Source: an uncultured Candidatus Binatia bacterium
GTDB lineage: Bacteria; Desulfobacterota; Binatia; UBA9968; JAJDTQ01
Length of the DNA: 64,000 nucleotides
Reading direction: 5' to 3'
NCBI GenBank assembly: GCA_965242525.1
Contig: OZ251459.1
Span: 320,001-384,000, forward strand
Below the pieces are notes generated by a model. The model worked only from the letters and a program-made list of their open reading frames with translations. It made no database searches and was not told the origin of the DNA. The position numbers and the translations under genes are program-made. Each line of letters opens with the position of its first letter. Positions within the stretch are counted from its first letter, which is position 1. This document shows positions 10,480-20,066 of the stretch, piece after piece.

Positions 10480-10878
10480 CTACCCGTTGATCGGCCCCAC
10501 GCCCTTCCACCACAACGCGAGGCGCCGGGCCAGTTGCAACAAGGGATAACCCGCCCGCGCCGCGCCCGGCAGGCCGAACGCGAGGCGGTGCAACAGGCCC
10601 GGGACGCTCCGGCGCCCGGACAACCCCGCGAGCACGTGCAGCGCCTCGCTGCCGCGATAGAAGCGCCCGTCCAGCTTGAGCACCATGCCCTCGTCCAGGT
10701 CGTACGGCAGGTTGCGGACCTGCTCCACCAGCGGGCCGCCCTCCCGCGCGTTGACGAGCGCCAGTTCGCCCACCGCCTCCTCGACGTCCAGGCGCAGCGC
10801 ATAGTTCCGGCACAGCGGGCATTCGCCGTCATACACCAGCCACGCCTTCCCTGCGCCCTTTCCCGGACCGGACGGCAT
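10480..10878 (-). CDS. DCC1/DUF393 thiol-disulfide oxidoreductase family protein
   Basis: LVYDGECPLC (DxxCxxC) and YRGSEA; start uncertain (10878 or 10917). Confidence 0.85.
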   Translation of the reverse strand: MPSGPGKGAGKAWLVYDGECPLCRNYALRLDVEEAVGELALVNAREGGPLVEQVRNLPYDLDEGMVLKLDGRFYRGSEALHVLAGLSGRRSVPGLLHRLAFGLPGAARAGYPLLQLARRLALWWKGVGPING

Positions 10879-11074
10879 CCGGTCCTTTCCGGCCAACCTG
10901 TAGCGGTCTCTCACCATCGGAACGACCCTGTCGAGCGTCCTCCCGAATTACCATCGAACGCCCCGGCGCGTCGAGTCCGTCTCCCGTGCAAGCCGGACAT
11001 GGTTTACAAAAGAAACCGGGAACATGGCTTACACGTGATCGCCCCGTTGAGGCCAATGAAGGGCGGGAGAGAGT

Positions 11075-11162
11075 GATGGACTCCCACCCCCGTTCGTCCT
11101 GAGCGTAGCGAAGCGAAGTCGAAGGACGCGCTCTTCCCCTGGAAGAGGGTCAGGGTGAGGGC
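11075..11162 (+). repeat. MITE core fragment followed by a REP-like palindrome
   Basis: GATGGACTCCC..CCGTTCGTCCTGAGCGTAGCG..GGACGCG, then CTCTTCCCCTGGAAGAGGGTCAGGGTGAGGG. Confidence 0.7.
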
Positions 11163-11266
11163 GAGGACATGCGCAGTGCTTGCATGTCAGGCCGTGCTCG
11201 GCAACAAAGGAGACGATGACGGCAGCGAACCACACGAATCTGACGGCCGCAGCCGAAACGTACTTT

Positions 11267-11376
11267 GGAACCTCCGATCAATCCCGGCTTGAGGCGCCTC
11301 TCCCCATGGGAAAGCGCGTCCTTCGACTTCGCTTCGCTACGCTCAGGACGAACGGGGGCAATCGTTCAGGGTTTCC
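11267..11376. mobile_element. 110-bp MITE
   Basis: Ends GGAACCTCCGATCAAT..ATCGTTCAGGGTTTCC; colinear with and same length as 62946-63055. Confidence 0.8.
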
Positions 11377-11382
11377 GGTGGG

Positions 11383-11421
11383 CTTTCGCGGGAATGACAG
11401 GGTGGAGTCCGCGGGAATGAC
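11383..11421. repeat. Two partial GCGGGAATGAC REP-like units
   Basis: CTTTCGCGGGAATGAC..CCGCGGGAATGAC; same family as 39032-39140. Confidence 0.6.
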
Positions 11422-11456
11422 CGCGTGGGGCGCGCCGTCGAGCTTGGGATGAACGC

Positions 11457-12491
11457 ATGGGTTGCCTGGACTTCCGACCTGCATGGGAGTTGCTCTATCG
11501 CAGCGGCCTTTCTGCCGCCGTCGGCCGCCGTTACGCCGGCATCGGGGCCATCTTCGCTTTCCACCGCGTGGCGCCCGACGTGTCCGTCCATCTGGACCGG
11601 GAGTTGTACGTCAGCGCCGGGTTCCTGGAGGCCTGGTTGGCGTCGGTGCGCAAGGCCGGCGTCCGGGTGGTCTCCATGGACGCCGCGGTGGAGCGCATCC
11701 GGGACCCCGGCCCCCGTCCCTCCGGGCGGCGTTTCGTCGTGGTCGCCTTCGACGACGGGTATGCCGACAACGTCACCTGCGCCCTGCCCGTACTGGAAAG
11801 GTTCGACGCGCCGTTCACTGTATATGTCACGACGGACCTGGTGGACGGCGGCGGCTATCCGTGGTGGCTCGGGTTGGAGCGCCTGTTCCGGGACAACGAT
11901 AGGGTTGACGCGGCGCCCATGGGGAGGGCGTTCACCGCCGCGTCCCTGGAGGAAAAGCGTAGAGCCGTGGCGCAAGTGACCGACTGGGTGGCCGCGGACA
12001 TGGAACGGCGCGCGCCGCTGCTGCGCCGGGTCTTCGATCGTTACGGCGTGTCCATGGGCGCCGCGGCCAGGGAGGCTGGACTGTCCCGGGAGCAACTGCG
12101 CGCGCTCGGCCGCCACCCGCTGGCGACCATCGGCGGCCATACCACGAGCCATCCCGAGTTGACGAGTCTGGGTGAGCCGCAGGCGTACCGTGAAATGGCC
12201 GACAACAAGGCATGGCTCGAGGACGTCTGCGGAAGCCCGATCCGTCACTTCGCCTATCCCTACGGCGCTTGCGGACCACGCGAAGCCGCGCTCGCCCGGA
12301 AAGCCGGTTTCGAGACCGCCGCAACCGTCGAGTCCGGTTGCCTGTTCCCCGAGCATCGGGACCATCTCCTGGCCCTGCCGCGATGCTCGGGCCGGGGTTC
12401 CCGGATGTGGCTGAGCTTCATGCACGCCCAACGGCACGGCCTGCCGCGTTTCATCCGGAGCCGGGGCGGCTGTCCCGTGGCCACGCTCTGA
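11457..12491 (+). CDS. Polysaccharide deacetylase (NodB/CE4)
   Basis: FHRV, VAFDDGYADN, GGHTTSHP, HFAYPYG. Confidence 0.9.
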   Translation: MGCLDFRPAWELLYRSGLSAAVGRRYAGIGAIFAFHRVAPDVSVHLDRELYVSAGFLEAWLASVRKAGVRVVSMDAAVERIRDPGPRPSGRRFVVVAFDDGYADNVTCALPVLERFDAPFTVYVTTDLVDGGGYPWWLGLERLFRDNDRVDAAPMGRAFTAASLEEKRRAVAQVTDWVAADMERRAPLLRRVFDRYGVSMGAAAREAGLSREQLRALGRHPLATIGGHTTSHPELTSLGEPQAYREMADNKAWLEDVCGSPIRHFAYPYGACGPREAALARKAGFETAATVESGCLFPEHRDHLLALPRCSGRGSRMWLSFMHAQRHGLPRFIRSRGGCPVATL

Positions 12492-14574
12492 CGGACCCGC
12501 GGCCGTGTCCGCCCACCGGTATCTCCGCGGTCCAGCCCTCGATCCGGCTCCGGATCCCGTAGGAGAACGGTTCGGAGAAGTACAGTCCCGTCCGGATGAC
12601 GGAGAGGGGATAGTCGGGGAGTGAAAGGACGGCGATGCACTTCCCGTCGAACAGCGTGAGGCGCTTGCGGAACCGGAAGTCGAGGTCGCCGGAGCCGTAG
12701 CGCCGGCGCAGTCTGCGCAGGTCTTCCGGGACCGCATCCACGAAGATCCAGTCCCCGACGTCCTCCCGGACGCAGGGCTGCTTGACGTAGGCCAGCGTGT
12801 GGTCACCGAGATAGACGTCGAAGCGGGAGTGCGCTGCGGGGTCTCCGGAGGACACGACCCGTTGGTACGCGGCCCGGTACGACTCCACCAGGTCGTCGAT
12901 ACCCGCGGCGTCGTACAGGAACACCCGTTGGTTGTCGGGGGTGAGCAGGGCGCGGCTCTCCACGCGGTCGCGGGTGACGAGGAAGTCCGCGCTGCGGGCG
13001 GCGGCTTCCACGTCGGGGGAGTGCGTCAGGACGCTTCCGGCGAGGTAGTATTTCCATGCGTGGCGCGGCCGTGTGGCCTGCGTGGACCATTCCGGCTGCA
13101 CGGACTCGAGCACCAGGACCACCTTCCTCCGGGTGGTTTCGCGGATGGCTCCGAGTTCGGCCATGGCGGTCTGCTGGAGTTCGGCCGCCCGTGGGTCCGG
13201 TCCCCATCGTTGGTCCATCTGGAAGGCGGAGGCCGCGAAGGCGAGCAGGGCCGCGGCGGCAAGGCCGACTGCCGGACGAGACCCCCATCGCTCGCGGAAG
13301 TACAGCAGGAGCAGCGAGTAGAGCGCCAGCGGGACGCCCACGTAGTACAGGGCGTCGTGGTTATGGTGTACGGAATTGTGGCGCATGGGCAGGGCCCAGC
13401 AGAACCCGGACAGGGCAAGGGCGGCCAGCAGGAGGCGTTGCCGCCCTTCCAGCAGCGGCCTCGCAAGGCGAACGAGGGCCGCGGCTGCTCCCACGGCCAG
13501 GAGCAACGCCAGGATGTATACCGACAACTCCGGCCCCGAGATGCCCGGGGCCGAAAGGCCGAGGTCGAGGAACCACCCCGCCGGATCGACTGCCCGGTGG
13601 GTGAGCAGGAACGGAACGGAGGCCACGCAGACGCGAAAGAACTGCTGGCGCAGGAAGTCCGGCCACCAACCCACCGGGGCGAAGTCCCGGTCCAGTCCGG
13701 TGCGCCTGAGCATGGACTGGACCGATGGCAGTTCGGTCACCGGGGTCTCGCCTCCGAGGGCGGCGTACTCGTTGGCGAAGTTGAAGGCGAGGAGGGCTGC
13801 TCCGAACAGCAGCGCGGCCAAGCCCAGGGCGGTGTAGCGGCTGCGCAGCACTGCAGCTGCAACGGAGCGCAAACGGAGCCGGGGCGCAGTTCCGTGCTTC
13901 CATGCCCGAAGGGCTTCCCGGGCAAGACCCAGGAGGATGAAGGGAAGCAGGAAGGCGTACACGTGCCAGCCCAGCAGCAGCGCCACGCCGGTCTTGGCCA
14001 GCAACTGCCGGAACCGTCCCTCCTGCACGAAGACGGTCATGCCGTGGAAGGCCAGCATGACCGCGAACAGGCCCATGCCGTACTCGTTGGAAACCGCGTC
14101 GCCGTAGAACAGCATGTAGTAGGAGGAGAAGGCCATCGAGGTGGCTGCCAGTGCGACCCAGGGGCGGGAGGTGATGCGTGCGAGGGAGTGGAAGGCGAGG
14201 ACCGCGGCGGCGCTGAACAGGAGCAGCATGAGGATGCGGGCGGCCAGGATCTTTGCGGAGAGGTCGTTTCCGAAGGGGAGGATGGCGAGCTTGAGGATGG
14301 CGTAACCGCCGACGGGAAAGCGGCTGTACATCCGGTATTTCGGGGCGCCGCCCGGTCTCGCGCGCAACTCCGTGAACAACCGGAAACCGTGGTCGGGGGA
14401 CAGGTTCTCGGCGACGGCCAGGTTTATGGAGGAAATCCCGTCATGGGCGCCGGGACGGTAGAAACGTGCCTTGTCCACGCCGTACAGGAACAACGTGGAC
14501 AGCGCGAGCAGCAGCAACGGCAGGGCAAGGCGTGGGGGCCGGTTTCGAGCCCAGTGGATCAGGGCGTCTCGCAT
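12451..14574 (-). CDS. Multi-TM GT-C-like membrane protein, paralog 2
   Basis: Starts MRDALIHWARNRPPRLALPLLLL; same family motifs; the 5' extension in the ORF track is an off-frame reading of the amidohydrolase. Confidence 0.85.
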   Translation of the reverse strand: MRDALIHWARNRPPRLALPLLLLALSTLFLYGVDKARFYRPGAHDGISSINLAVAENLSPDHGFRLFTELRARPGGAPKYRMYSRFPVGGYAILKLAILPFGNDLSAKILAARILMLLLFSAAAVLAFHSLARITSRPWVALAATSMAFSSYYMLFYGDAVSNEYGMGLFAVMLAFHGMTVFVQEGRFRQLLAKTGVALLLGWHVYAFLLPFILLGLAREALRAWKHGTAPRLRLRSVAAAVLRSRYTALGLAALLFGAALLAFNFANEYAALGGETPVTELPSVQSMLRRTGLDRDFAPVGWWPDFLRQQFFRVCVASVPFLLTHRAVDPAGWFLDLGLSAPGISGPELSVYILALLLAVGAAAALVRLARPLLEGRQRLLLAALALSGFCWALPMRHNSVHHNHDALYYVGVPLALYSLLLLYFRERWGSRPAVGLAAAALLAFAASAFQMDQRWGPDPRAAELQQTAMAELGAIRETTRRKVVLVLESVQPEWSTQATRPRHAWKYYLAGSVLTHSPDVEAAARSADFLVTRDRVESRALLTPDNQRVFLYDAAGIDDLVESYRAAYQRVVSSGDPAAHSRFDVYLGDHTLAYVKQPCVREDVGDWIFVDAVPEDLRRLRRRYGSGDLDFRFRKRLTLFDGKCIAVLSLPDYPLSVIRTGLYFSEPFSYGIRSRIEGWTAEIPVGGHGRGSVRAWPRDSRPGSG

Positions 14575-16025
14575 ACGCGGAAGTACATTTCCGAAAGGGA
14601 CGGCTCCATGACCGCGGCGTCCCGCATCTCCCTTGCGACCACGGGCCGCAGCGGCTCGTAGAGCCGGTTGACCTCCGCCATCACCGCCTCCTCGTCCATC
14701 TTCCGGAGCCGGCCCCCTGCCACCACGACCTCGCCGTTGACCAGCACCGTGTCCACCGAGCCGCCGTTCTCGCAGAACACGAGCTGGGCGGTGACGTCGT
14801 TCAACGGCGTGAACGCCGGCGTCCTGCGGTTCAGCAGGACCACGTCCGCGAGGCGGCCCGGCTCCAGCGCGCCGCAGTCCAGGCCGAAGGCCCGGGCGCC
14901 CCATCGGGTGGCCATGGACATGGCCTGGCGCGCGGTGACCCAGCGGTGGAAATCGTGGTCCCGGGTGTTGTGGACCAGGGCCGCGAGCCTCATGGCGTCG
15001 AACAGGTTCTGGTTGTCGTTGGAGCAGGCCCCGTCGGCGCCCAGGGCCACCCGGCCGCCCGCGGCCAGGAAGTCCGGTATGGGCGCCAGCCCGCTGCCCA
15101 ACCGCAGGTTGCTGGCCGGGTTGTGCACCGGCGTCGCCCCCCGCCTCACCATGATCTCCACGTCTTCCTCGTCGATCCACACGGAGTGGGCGGCGGAGAG
15201 GTTCGGCGTCACCAGGCCGAGGTCGTCCAGGTGCTTCAGCAGCGAGGTCCCGTAGAGCCTCGGCCCCATGAGCGCCTGGGAGCGGGACTCGGCGAGGTGG
15301 ATGTGGAGCGGGACCCCGCATCGGTCGGCGATGGCCGAAGCCCCCCGGAGCAGCTCGTCGGTGCAGCGCTGGACCGCGGAGGGTCCCGGACAGCAGGTGG
15401 TCAACCCCCGGGGGTCGTGCAGTTCCGCGATGAACTCCTCGATCTCGTCCAGCCAGCCGCGGGCGTCCCCGGTCTCGGCCCGGGTCATCCGGCCCACTTC
15501 GCCGCGGGCGTCTCCCTCCGGCGCGTCCAGGGGGATGGTTTCCTCGTAGGGCCGGTCGCTCACGGTCAGGGCCACCACGTGGCGCAACCCCAGGTCCCGC
15601 ATGGCGCGGACCGCTTCCCCGGCGCCGGTGAAGCGGCTGTCCCGGTTGCCGAAGAAATGGTCCAGCATGGTGGTGCAGCCGGTCTTGAGCATCTCCATGG
15701 CTCCGAGGATGGCGCTGGCGTAGAACAGGTCGTCGCTGCAGGCGCGCAGCGCCGCGCGCCAGTAGGCGCGCCAGATCTCCAGGGGCCGCGCGGGCATCAG
15801 GCCGCGGAAGACGTTGGCCGGGGAATGGCAGTGGGCGTTCACGAGGCCGGGGATGGCGATGAAGCCGCTGCCGTCGATGACCCGGTGGCCTTCTTCCCGG
15901 GGACAGCCGGAAGACGGCCCCACGTACTCCAGGCGGTCGCCGTCGATGACCAGGGAGCCGTGCTCGATCACCTCGTCCCGCTCGTTCATGGTAACGACCA
16001 GCGCGTCCTCGATCCGTTGCTTCAT
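14559..16025 (-). CDS. Metal-dependent amidohydrolase (AtzA/MtaD-like deaminase)
   Basis: PGLVNAHCH, HIHLAES, AAHSVW, HNPASNLRLGSG, LGADG. Confidence 0.9.
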   Translation of the reverse strand: MKQRIEDALVVTMNERDEVIEHGSLVIDGDRLEYVGPSSGCPREEGHRVIDGSGFIAIPGLVNAHCHSPANVFRGLMPARPLEIWRAYWRAALRACSDDLFYASAILGAMEMLKTGCTTMLDHFFGNRDSRFTGAGEAVRAMRDLGLRHVVALTVSDRPYEETIPLDAPEGDARGEVGRMTRAETGDARGWLDEIEEFIAELHDPRGLTTCCPGPSAVQRCTDELLRGASAIADRCGVPLHIHLAESRSQALMGPRLYGTSLLKHLDDLGLVTPNLSAAHSVWIDEEDVEIMVRRGATPVHNPASNLRLGSGLAPIPDFLAAGGRVALGADGACSNDNQNLFDAMRLAALVHNTRDHDFHRWVTARQAMSMATRWGARAFGLDCGALEPGRLADVVLLNRRTPAFTPLNDVTAQLVFCENGGSVDTVLVNGEVVVAGGRLRKMDEEAVMAEVNRLYEPLRPVVAREMRDAAVMEPSLSEMYFRVCETP

Positions 16026-16059
16026 GGCGCCTGCCTTTCTCGATCCTGTCCCCGCCAAG

Positions 16060-16515
16060 TCACACGGCCGTCCGGTCGAGGTAGAGGCCCAGGAGGAACA
16101 CGACGGTCCCCAGGGCCACGTTGGCCGCCAGCAGGCGCAGCCACGGGTTCCGGGCCGGGCCGTCCGGGGGGCCTTCCGGCGCCGGGTCGTACCGGAACGC
16201 CTGGAGCGCGTGGTGCAGCGCCATGACCGCGGTCAGGACGGACTTGGCGCCCAGCGCGAGCAGGCTGCCGGAGCCCGCGGCCAGCGGGGAAGGGGCCCCC
16301 GGCAGCAGCAGCCCTCCCACCCCGGACAGTATGGCCAGGGGCGCCGCGGCCGCCGCCACCCGGTTCAGGCCCCGGCCGGCCCTCCGCAGGAGGTCCCGGC
16401 GCGCCTCCGCCGGCAACCGGCGGCTTGCCGGCAGGAGGATGCCCAGGACGAACACGTTGGCGCCCAGCCAGACGCTGAAGGACAGTATGTGGACCCACGG
16501 CACGAAGACTTGCAC
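16060..16515 (-). CDS. Small 4-TM protein, CopD-like, divergent from the cox operon
   Basis: WVHILSFSVWLG first helix; four hydrophobic segments; GTG start inferred. Confidence 0.6.
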   Translation of the reverse strand: MQVFVPWVHILSFSVWLGANVFVLGILLPASRRLPAEARRDLLRRAGRGLNRVAAAAAPLAILSGVGGLLLPGAPSPLAAGSGSLLALGAKSVLTAVMALHHALQAFRYDPAPEGPPDGPARNPWLRLLAANVALGTVVFLLGLYLDRTAV

Positions 16516-16664
16516 CCTTGCACCCGTTTCCCTTCCGGACCGCCGCCGCTCCGCGGATATAGCAGGGACCGCGGGGTTTCTCGACGGATTCCTTCGCCCT
16601 TGATACGTCAAGGCGGTTGTGTTAGCAAAGGGGACCATCCCACGAGGAGGTTCTCGAACTTGCC

Positions 16665-17324
16665 ATGATGCGCTGGCTCCCGGAGAACGTATCGACCTAC
16701 GGTGCCCAGATCGACTACCTGTTCTACCTCATCTACTACATCACCGGCGCGGCGCTGATCGCCGTCACCGTGCTGATGGTCCTCTTCCTCGTGATGTACC
16801 GGCAGAGGGAGGGGCGCAAGGCCGTCTATTCCCACGGCAACACCGCCCTGGAGGTCACCTGGACGGTCATCCCCGCGGTGATCCTGCTCATGCTCTCGTT
16901 CATGAGCATCTCCACCTGGGGCGAGATCAAGATCTACGCTCCGCCGGCCGAGTACGAGGTCAAGGTGGTGGGGAAGCAGTTCAACTGGGACGTGGTCCAT
17001 CCGGGACGAGACGGCAAGCTGGACACCGAGGACGACGTGAAGATCGAGAACGAGCTGCACGTGCCCGTGGACAAGGTGGTGCACGTGCAGCTTACGGCGT
17101 CGGACGTGATCCACAGCTTCTTCGTCCCGAACTTCCGGGTCAAGCAGGACGCCGTCCCCGGGCGCGACATCCTGGTCTGGTTCGAGGCCACGAAGCCCGG
17201 CAGGTACGAGCTCCCCTGCGCGGAGTTGTGCGGCTTCGGCCATTCGGGGATGCTCGGGTGGGTGTTCGTGCACACGCCCGAAGACTACGAGAAATTCCTC
17301 GAGGAGAACGCCGGGCAGGGTTGA
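16665..17324 (+). CDS. coxB: Cytochrome c oxidase subunit II
   Basis: LEVTWTVIP, DVIHSF, CuA motif CAELCGFGHSGM; no fused heme c. Confidence 0.97.
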   Translation: MMRWLPENVSTYGAQIDYLFYLIYYITGAALIAVTVLMVLFLVMYRQREGRKAVYSHGNTALEVTWTVIPAVILLMLSFMSISTWGEIKIYAPPAEYEVKVVGKQFNWDVVHPGRDGKLDTEDDVKIENELHVPVDKVVHVQLTASDVIHSFFVPNFRVKQDAVPGRDILVWFEATKPGRYELPCAELCGFGHSGMLGWVFVHTPEDYEKFLEENAGQG

Positions 17325-17385
17325 CCCGGCCGCGGCCGACCTTCCGGAAGGCCGCGTCTCCGAGGGCACAGGAGGAACATCGAGG

Positions 17386-19128
17386 ATGAGCGAAGCAGCG
17401 GCATCCGCCCACGCCGGCCACGAGGCCCACGGACCGTCGGGCTTCTGGGCGACCTACGTCTTTTCGACCGATCACAAGATGATCGGGCGGCAGTTCCTCT
17501 TCCTGGGGCTGTTCATGCTCCTCATCGGCGGCCTTCTCGCCATGCTGATCCGCTGGCAGCTCGCATGGCCGGAGACCGAGGTGCCCGGCATGGGGTGGGT
17601 GCCCGAGCCCACCATGTACGAAGGGATCATCCCGCCCCAGACCTACAACATGCTGTTCACCATGCACGCCACCATCATGATCTTCTTCGTGGTGATGCCC
17701 GTCATGGTGGGCGGCTTCGGCAACTTCCTGATCCCCATCATGATCGGCGCCCGGGACATGGCGTTCCCGTTGCTCAACATGCTGTCCTTCTGGGTGGGCG
17801 CGGTGTCCGGCGTCATCATGCTGGCGAGCTTCTTCGTCATCGGCGGGGCCGCGGCCGCGGGCTGGACGTCCTATACGCCCCTTTCCGGCGCCGCGGTCTT
17901 CACGGGGGTCAACTGGGGCATCAACCTGTGGGTCCTGAGCCTGTTCGTGCTGGCCTTCTCCTCGCTGATGGGCTCCATCAACTACATCACCACGGTGGTC
18001 AACATGAGGGCGCCGGGCATGACCTACTTCCGCATGCCCCTCTCCATCTGGTCCCTGTTCATCACCGCCATCCTGTTGCTGCTGGCCCTGCCGGTGCTCA
18101 CCGCGGCCCTGGGGATGCTCTTCTTCGACCGGGTCTTCGCCACCAACTTCTTCGTGCCCGCGGGCGGGATGCCGCTCCTGTGGCAGCACCTGTTCTGGTT
18201 CTTCGGCCACCCGGAGGTCTATATCCTGGTGCTTCCCGCCATGGGGGTCACCTCCGACATCCTCTCGGTGTTCTCGCGCAAGCCCATCTTCGGGTACCGG
18301 GCCATGGCCTTCTCCATGATCGCCATCGCCTTCCTCTCCTGGATCGTCTGGGGCCACCACATGTTCGTGAGCGGCATGAACCCGTTGCTGGGAACCGCGT
18401 TCATGCTCACCACCATGGTCATCGCGGTGCCCTCGGCCATCAAGACCTTCAACTGGCTGGGCACCCTCTGGGGCGGCTCCATCCGGTTCACGGTGCCGCT
18501 GCTGTTCGCCATCGGCTTCGTGTCGAACTTCGTCATCGGAGGACTCAGCGGCATCTTCATGGCGTCCACCCCGGTGGACATCTTCATCCACGACACCTAC
18601 TTCATCGTGGCGCACTTCCACTACGTGGTGGCGGGGATCATCTTCGCCATGTTCGCCGCCATCTACTTCTGGTTCCCCAAGATGTTCGGGCGCACCATGA
18701 GCAAGACCTGGGGCGTGGTGCATTTCGTGGGCACCTACGTGTTCTTCAACCTCACGTTCTTCCCCATGCACTTCCTGGGCGTGGGAGGGCACATCCGCCG
18801 TATCTACAACCCCATGCAGTACGAGTACCTGGAGCAGTTCGCGGACATGAACGTGTTCATCACCGTCAGCGCGTTCTGCCTCGCGGCGTCCCAGGTGCCC
18901 TTCCTCGTGAACTTCCTCTGGAGCCTCTTCGCCGGCGAGAAGGCGTCGGACAACCCCTGGGAGGCCAACACCCTGGAGTGGTCGGCGCCCTCGCCGCCGC
19001 CCCACGGGAACTTCGCGGCCCTGCCGCAGGTTTACCGCGGCCCCTATGAATACAGCTCCCCGGAGGCGCAGGAAGACTGGCTGCCCCAGGACCGACCGCT
19101 CGGCGCCGCGGCTGCCGCGGGGCATTGA
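17386..19128 (+). CDS. coxA: Cytochrome c oxidase subunit I, A1-type
   Basis: TDHKMIG, MHATIM, WFFGHPEVY, WGHHM, VAHFHYV. Confidence 0.98.
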   Translation: MSEAAASAHAGHEAHGPSGFWATYVFSTDHKMIGRQFLFLGLFMLLIGGLLAMLIRWQLAWPETEVPGMGWVPEPTMYEGIIPPQTYNMLFTMHATIMIFFVVMPVMVGGFGNFLIPIMIGARDMAFPLLNMLSFWVGAVSGVIMLASFFVIGGAAAAGWTSYTPLSGAAVFTGVNWGINLWVLSLFVLAFSSLMGSINYITTVVNMRAPGMTYFRMPLSIWSLFITAILLLLALPVLTAALGMLFFDRVFATNFFVPAGGMPLLWQHLFWFFGHPEVYILVLPAMGVTSDILSVFSRKPIFGYRAMAFSMIAIAFLSWIVWGHHMFVSGMNPLLGTAFMLTTMVIAVPSAIKTFNWLGTLWGGSIRFTVPLLFAIGFVSNFVIGGLSGIFMASTPVDIFIHDTYFIVAHFHYVVAGIIFAMFAAIYFWFPKMFGRTMSKTWGVVHFVGTYVFFNLTFFPMHFLGVGGHIRRIYNPMQYEYLEQFADMNVFITVSAFCLAASQVPFLVNFLWSLFAGEKASDNPWEANTLEWSAPSPPPHGNFAALPQVYRGPYEYSSPEAQEDWLPQDRPLGAAAAAGH

Positions 19129-19145
19129 GGCCGAGGCCCGGGGGG

Positions 19146-20066
19146 ATGGCCGACGCCTGGCTCCATCGGTTGGCGCTGACCACGGCCGGCGCCACCCTGT
19201 TCCTGCTGTTCGTGGGCGCCCTGGTCACGAGCAAGGGCGCGGGGCTCGCGGTTCCGGACTGGCCCACGACCTTCGGCCACAACATGTTCCTGTTCCCGTG
19301 GGCGCGAATGGTGGACGGCGTATTCTACGAGCACAGCCATCGCCTGGTGGCGTCCGGCGTGGGCCTGCTGACGCTGGCGCTGGCGGCGTGCCTGTGGTGG
19401 AAGGAGCCTCGGGCCTGGGTCCGCCGGACCGGGGCCGCGGCGCTGGTGCTGGTGACGGTCCAGGGCGTGGTGGGAGGACTCCGGGTGGTGTGGCTGCAAG
19501 CGGACTTCGCCATCGTCCACGCGGCGCTGGCCCAGGCGTTCTTCGGCCTCATGGCGGCCCTGGCGCTGTTCACCTCCCGCGGCTGGCGGTCGGCCCGGCC
19601 CGTGCCCGCGGACCCGGTCGGGGCCTCGTTCCCGTGGTTCTGCCTCGCCGCCGCGCTGCTGATCTACGTGCAGAGCCTGCTCGGGGCCTTCGTGCGCCAC
19701 ACCGGCGCCGGGGTGGCCCCGCACGTGCTGATGGCGCTGGCGGTGACGGTCCAGACGGGTCTGCTGTGGGTGAAGGCGCTCCGACTCGGTGACGAAGCGC
19801 CGGTCTTCCGCTCCCTGGCGGCGTTGCTGGGGGTGCTGCTGGCGGCGCAGCTCGCGCTGGGCGCCGGCTCCTATGCGGCTCGTTTCCTGTCGTGGGGAGC
19901 GGCGTGGCGGCCCGACGTGACGGTGGCCCTGACCGCCGGCCACGTGGTGGTGGGAGCGCTGCTGCTGGCCTCGAGCGTGGTGGCCGCGTTGTGGGCGTTC
20001 CGCCTGTTCGGCGCCGGCCGCCTGCCCGCGCCGGGGGGCGCAGCGCCCGGGAGGGTGCCGGCGTGA
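19146..20066 (+). CDS. ctaA: Heme A synthase (COX15/CtaA family)
   Basis: GLAVPDWP, EHSHRL, QGVVGGLRV, VHAALAQ. Confidence 0.88.
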   Translation: MADAWLHRLALTTAGATLFLLFVGALVTSKGAGLAVPDWPTTFGHNMFLFPWARMVDGVFYEHSHRLVASGVGLLTLALAACLWWKEPRAWVRRTGAAALVLVTVQGVVGGLRVVWLQADFAIVHAALAQAFFGLMAALALFTSRGWRSARPVPADPVGASFPWFCLAAALLIYVQSLLGAFVRHTGAGVAPHVLMALAVTVQTGLLWVKALRLGDEAPVFRSLAALLGVLLAAQLALGAGSYAARFLSWGAAWRPDVTVALTAGHVVVGALLLASSVVAALWAFRLFGAGRLPAPGGAAPGRVPA

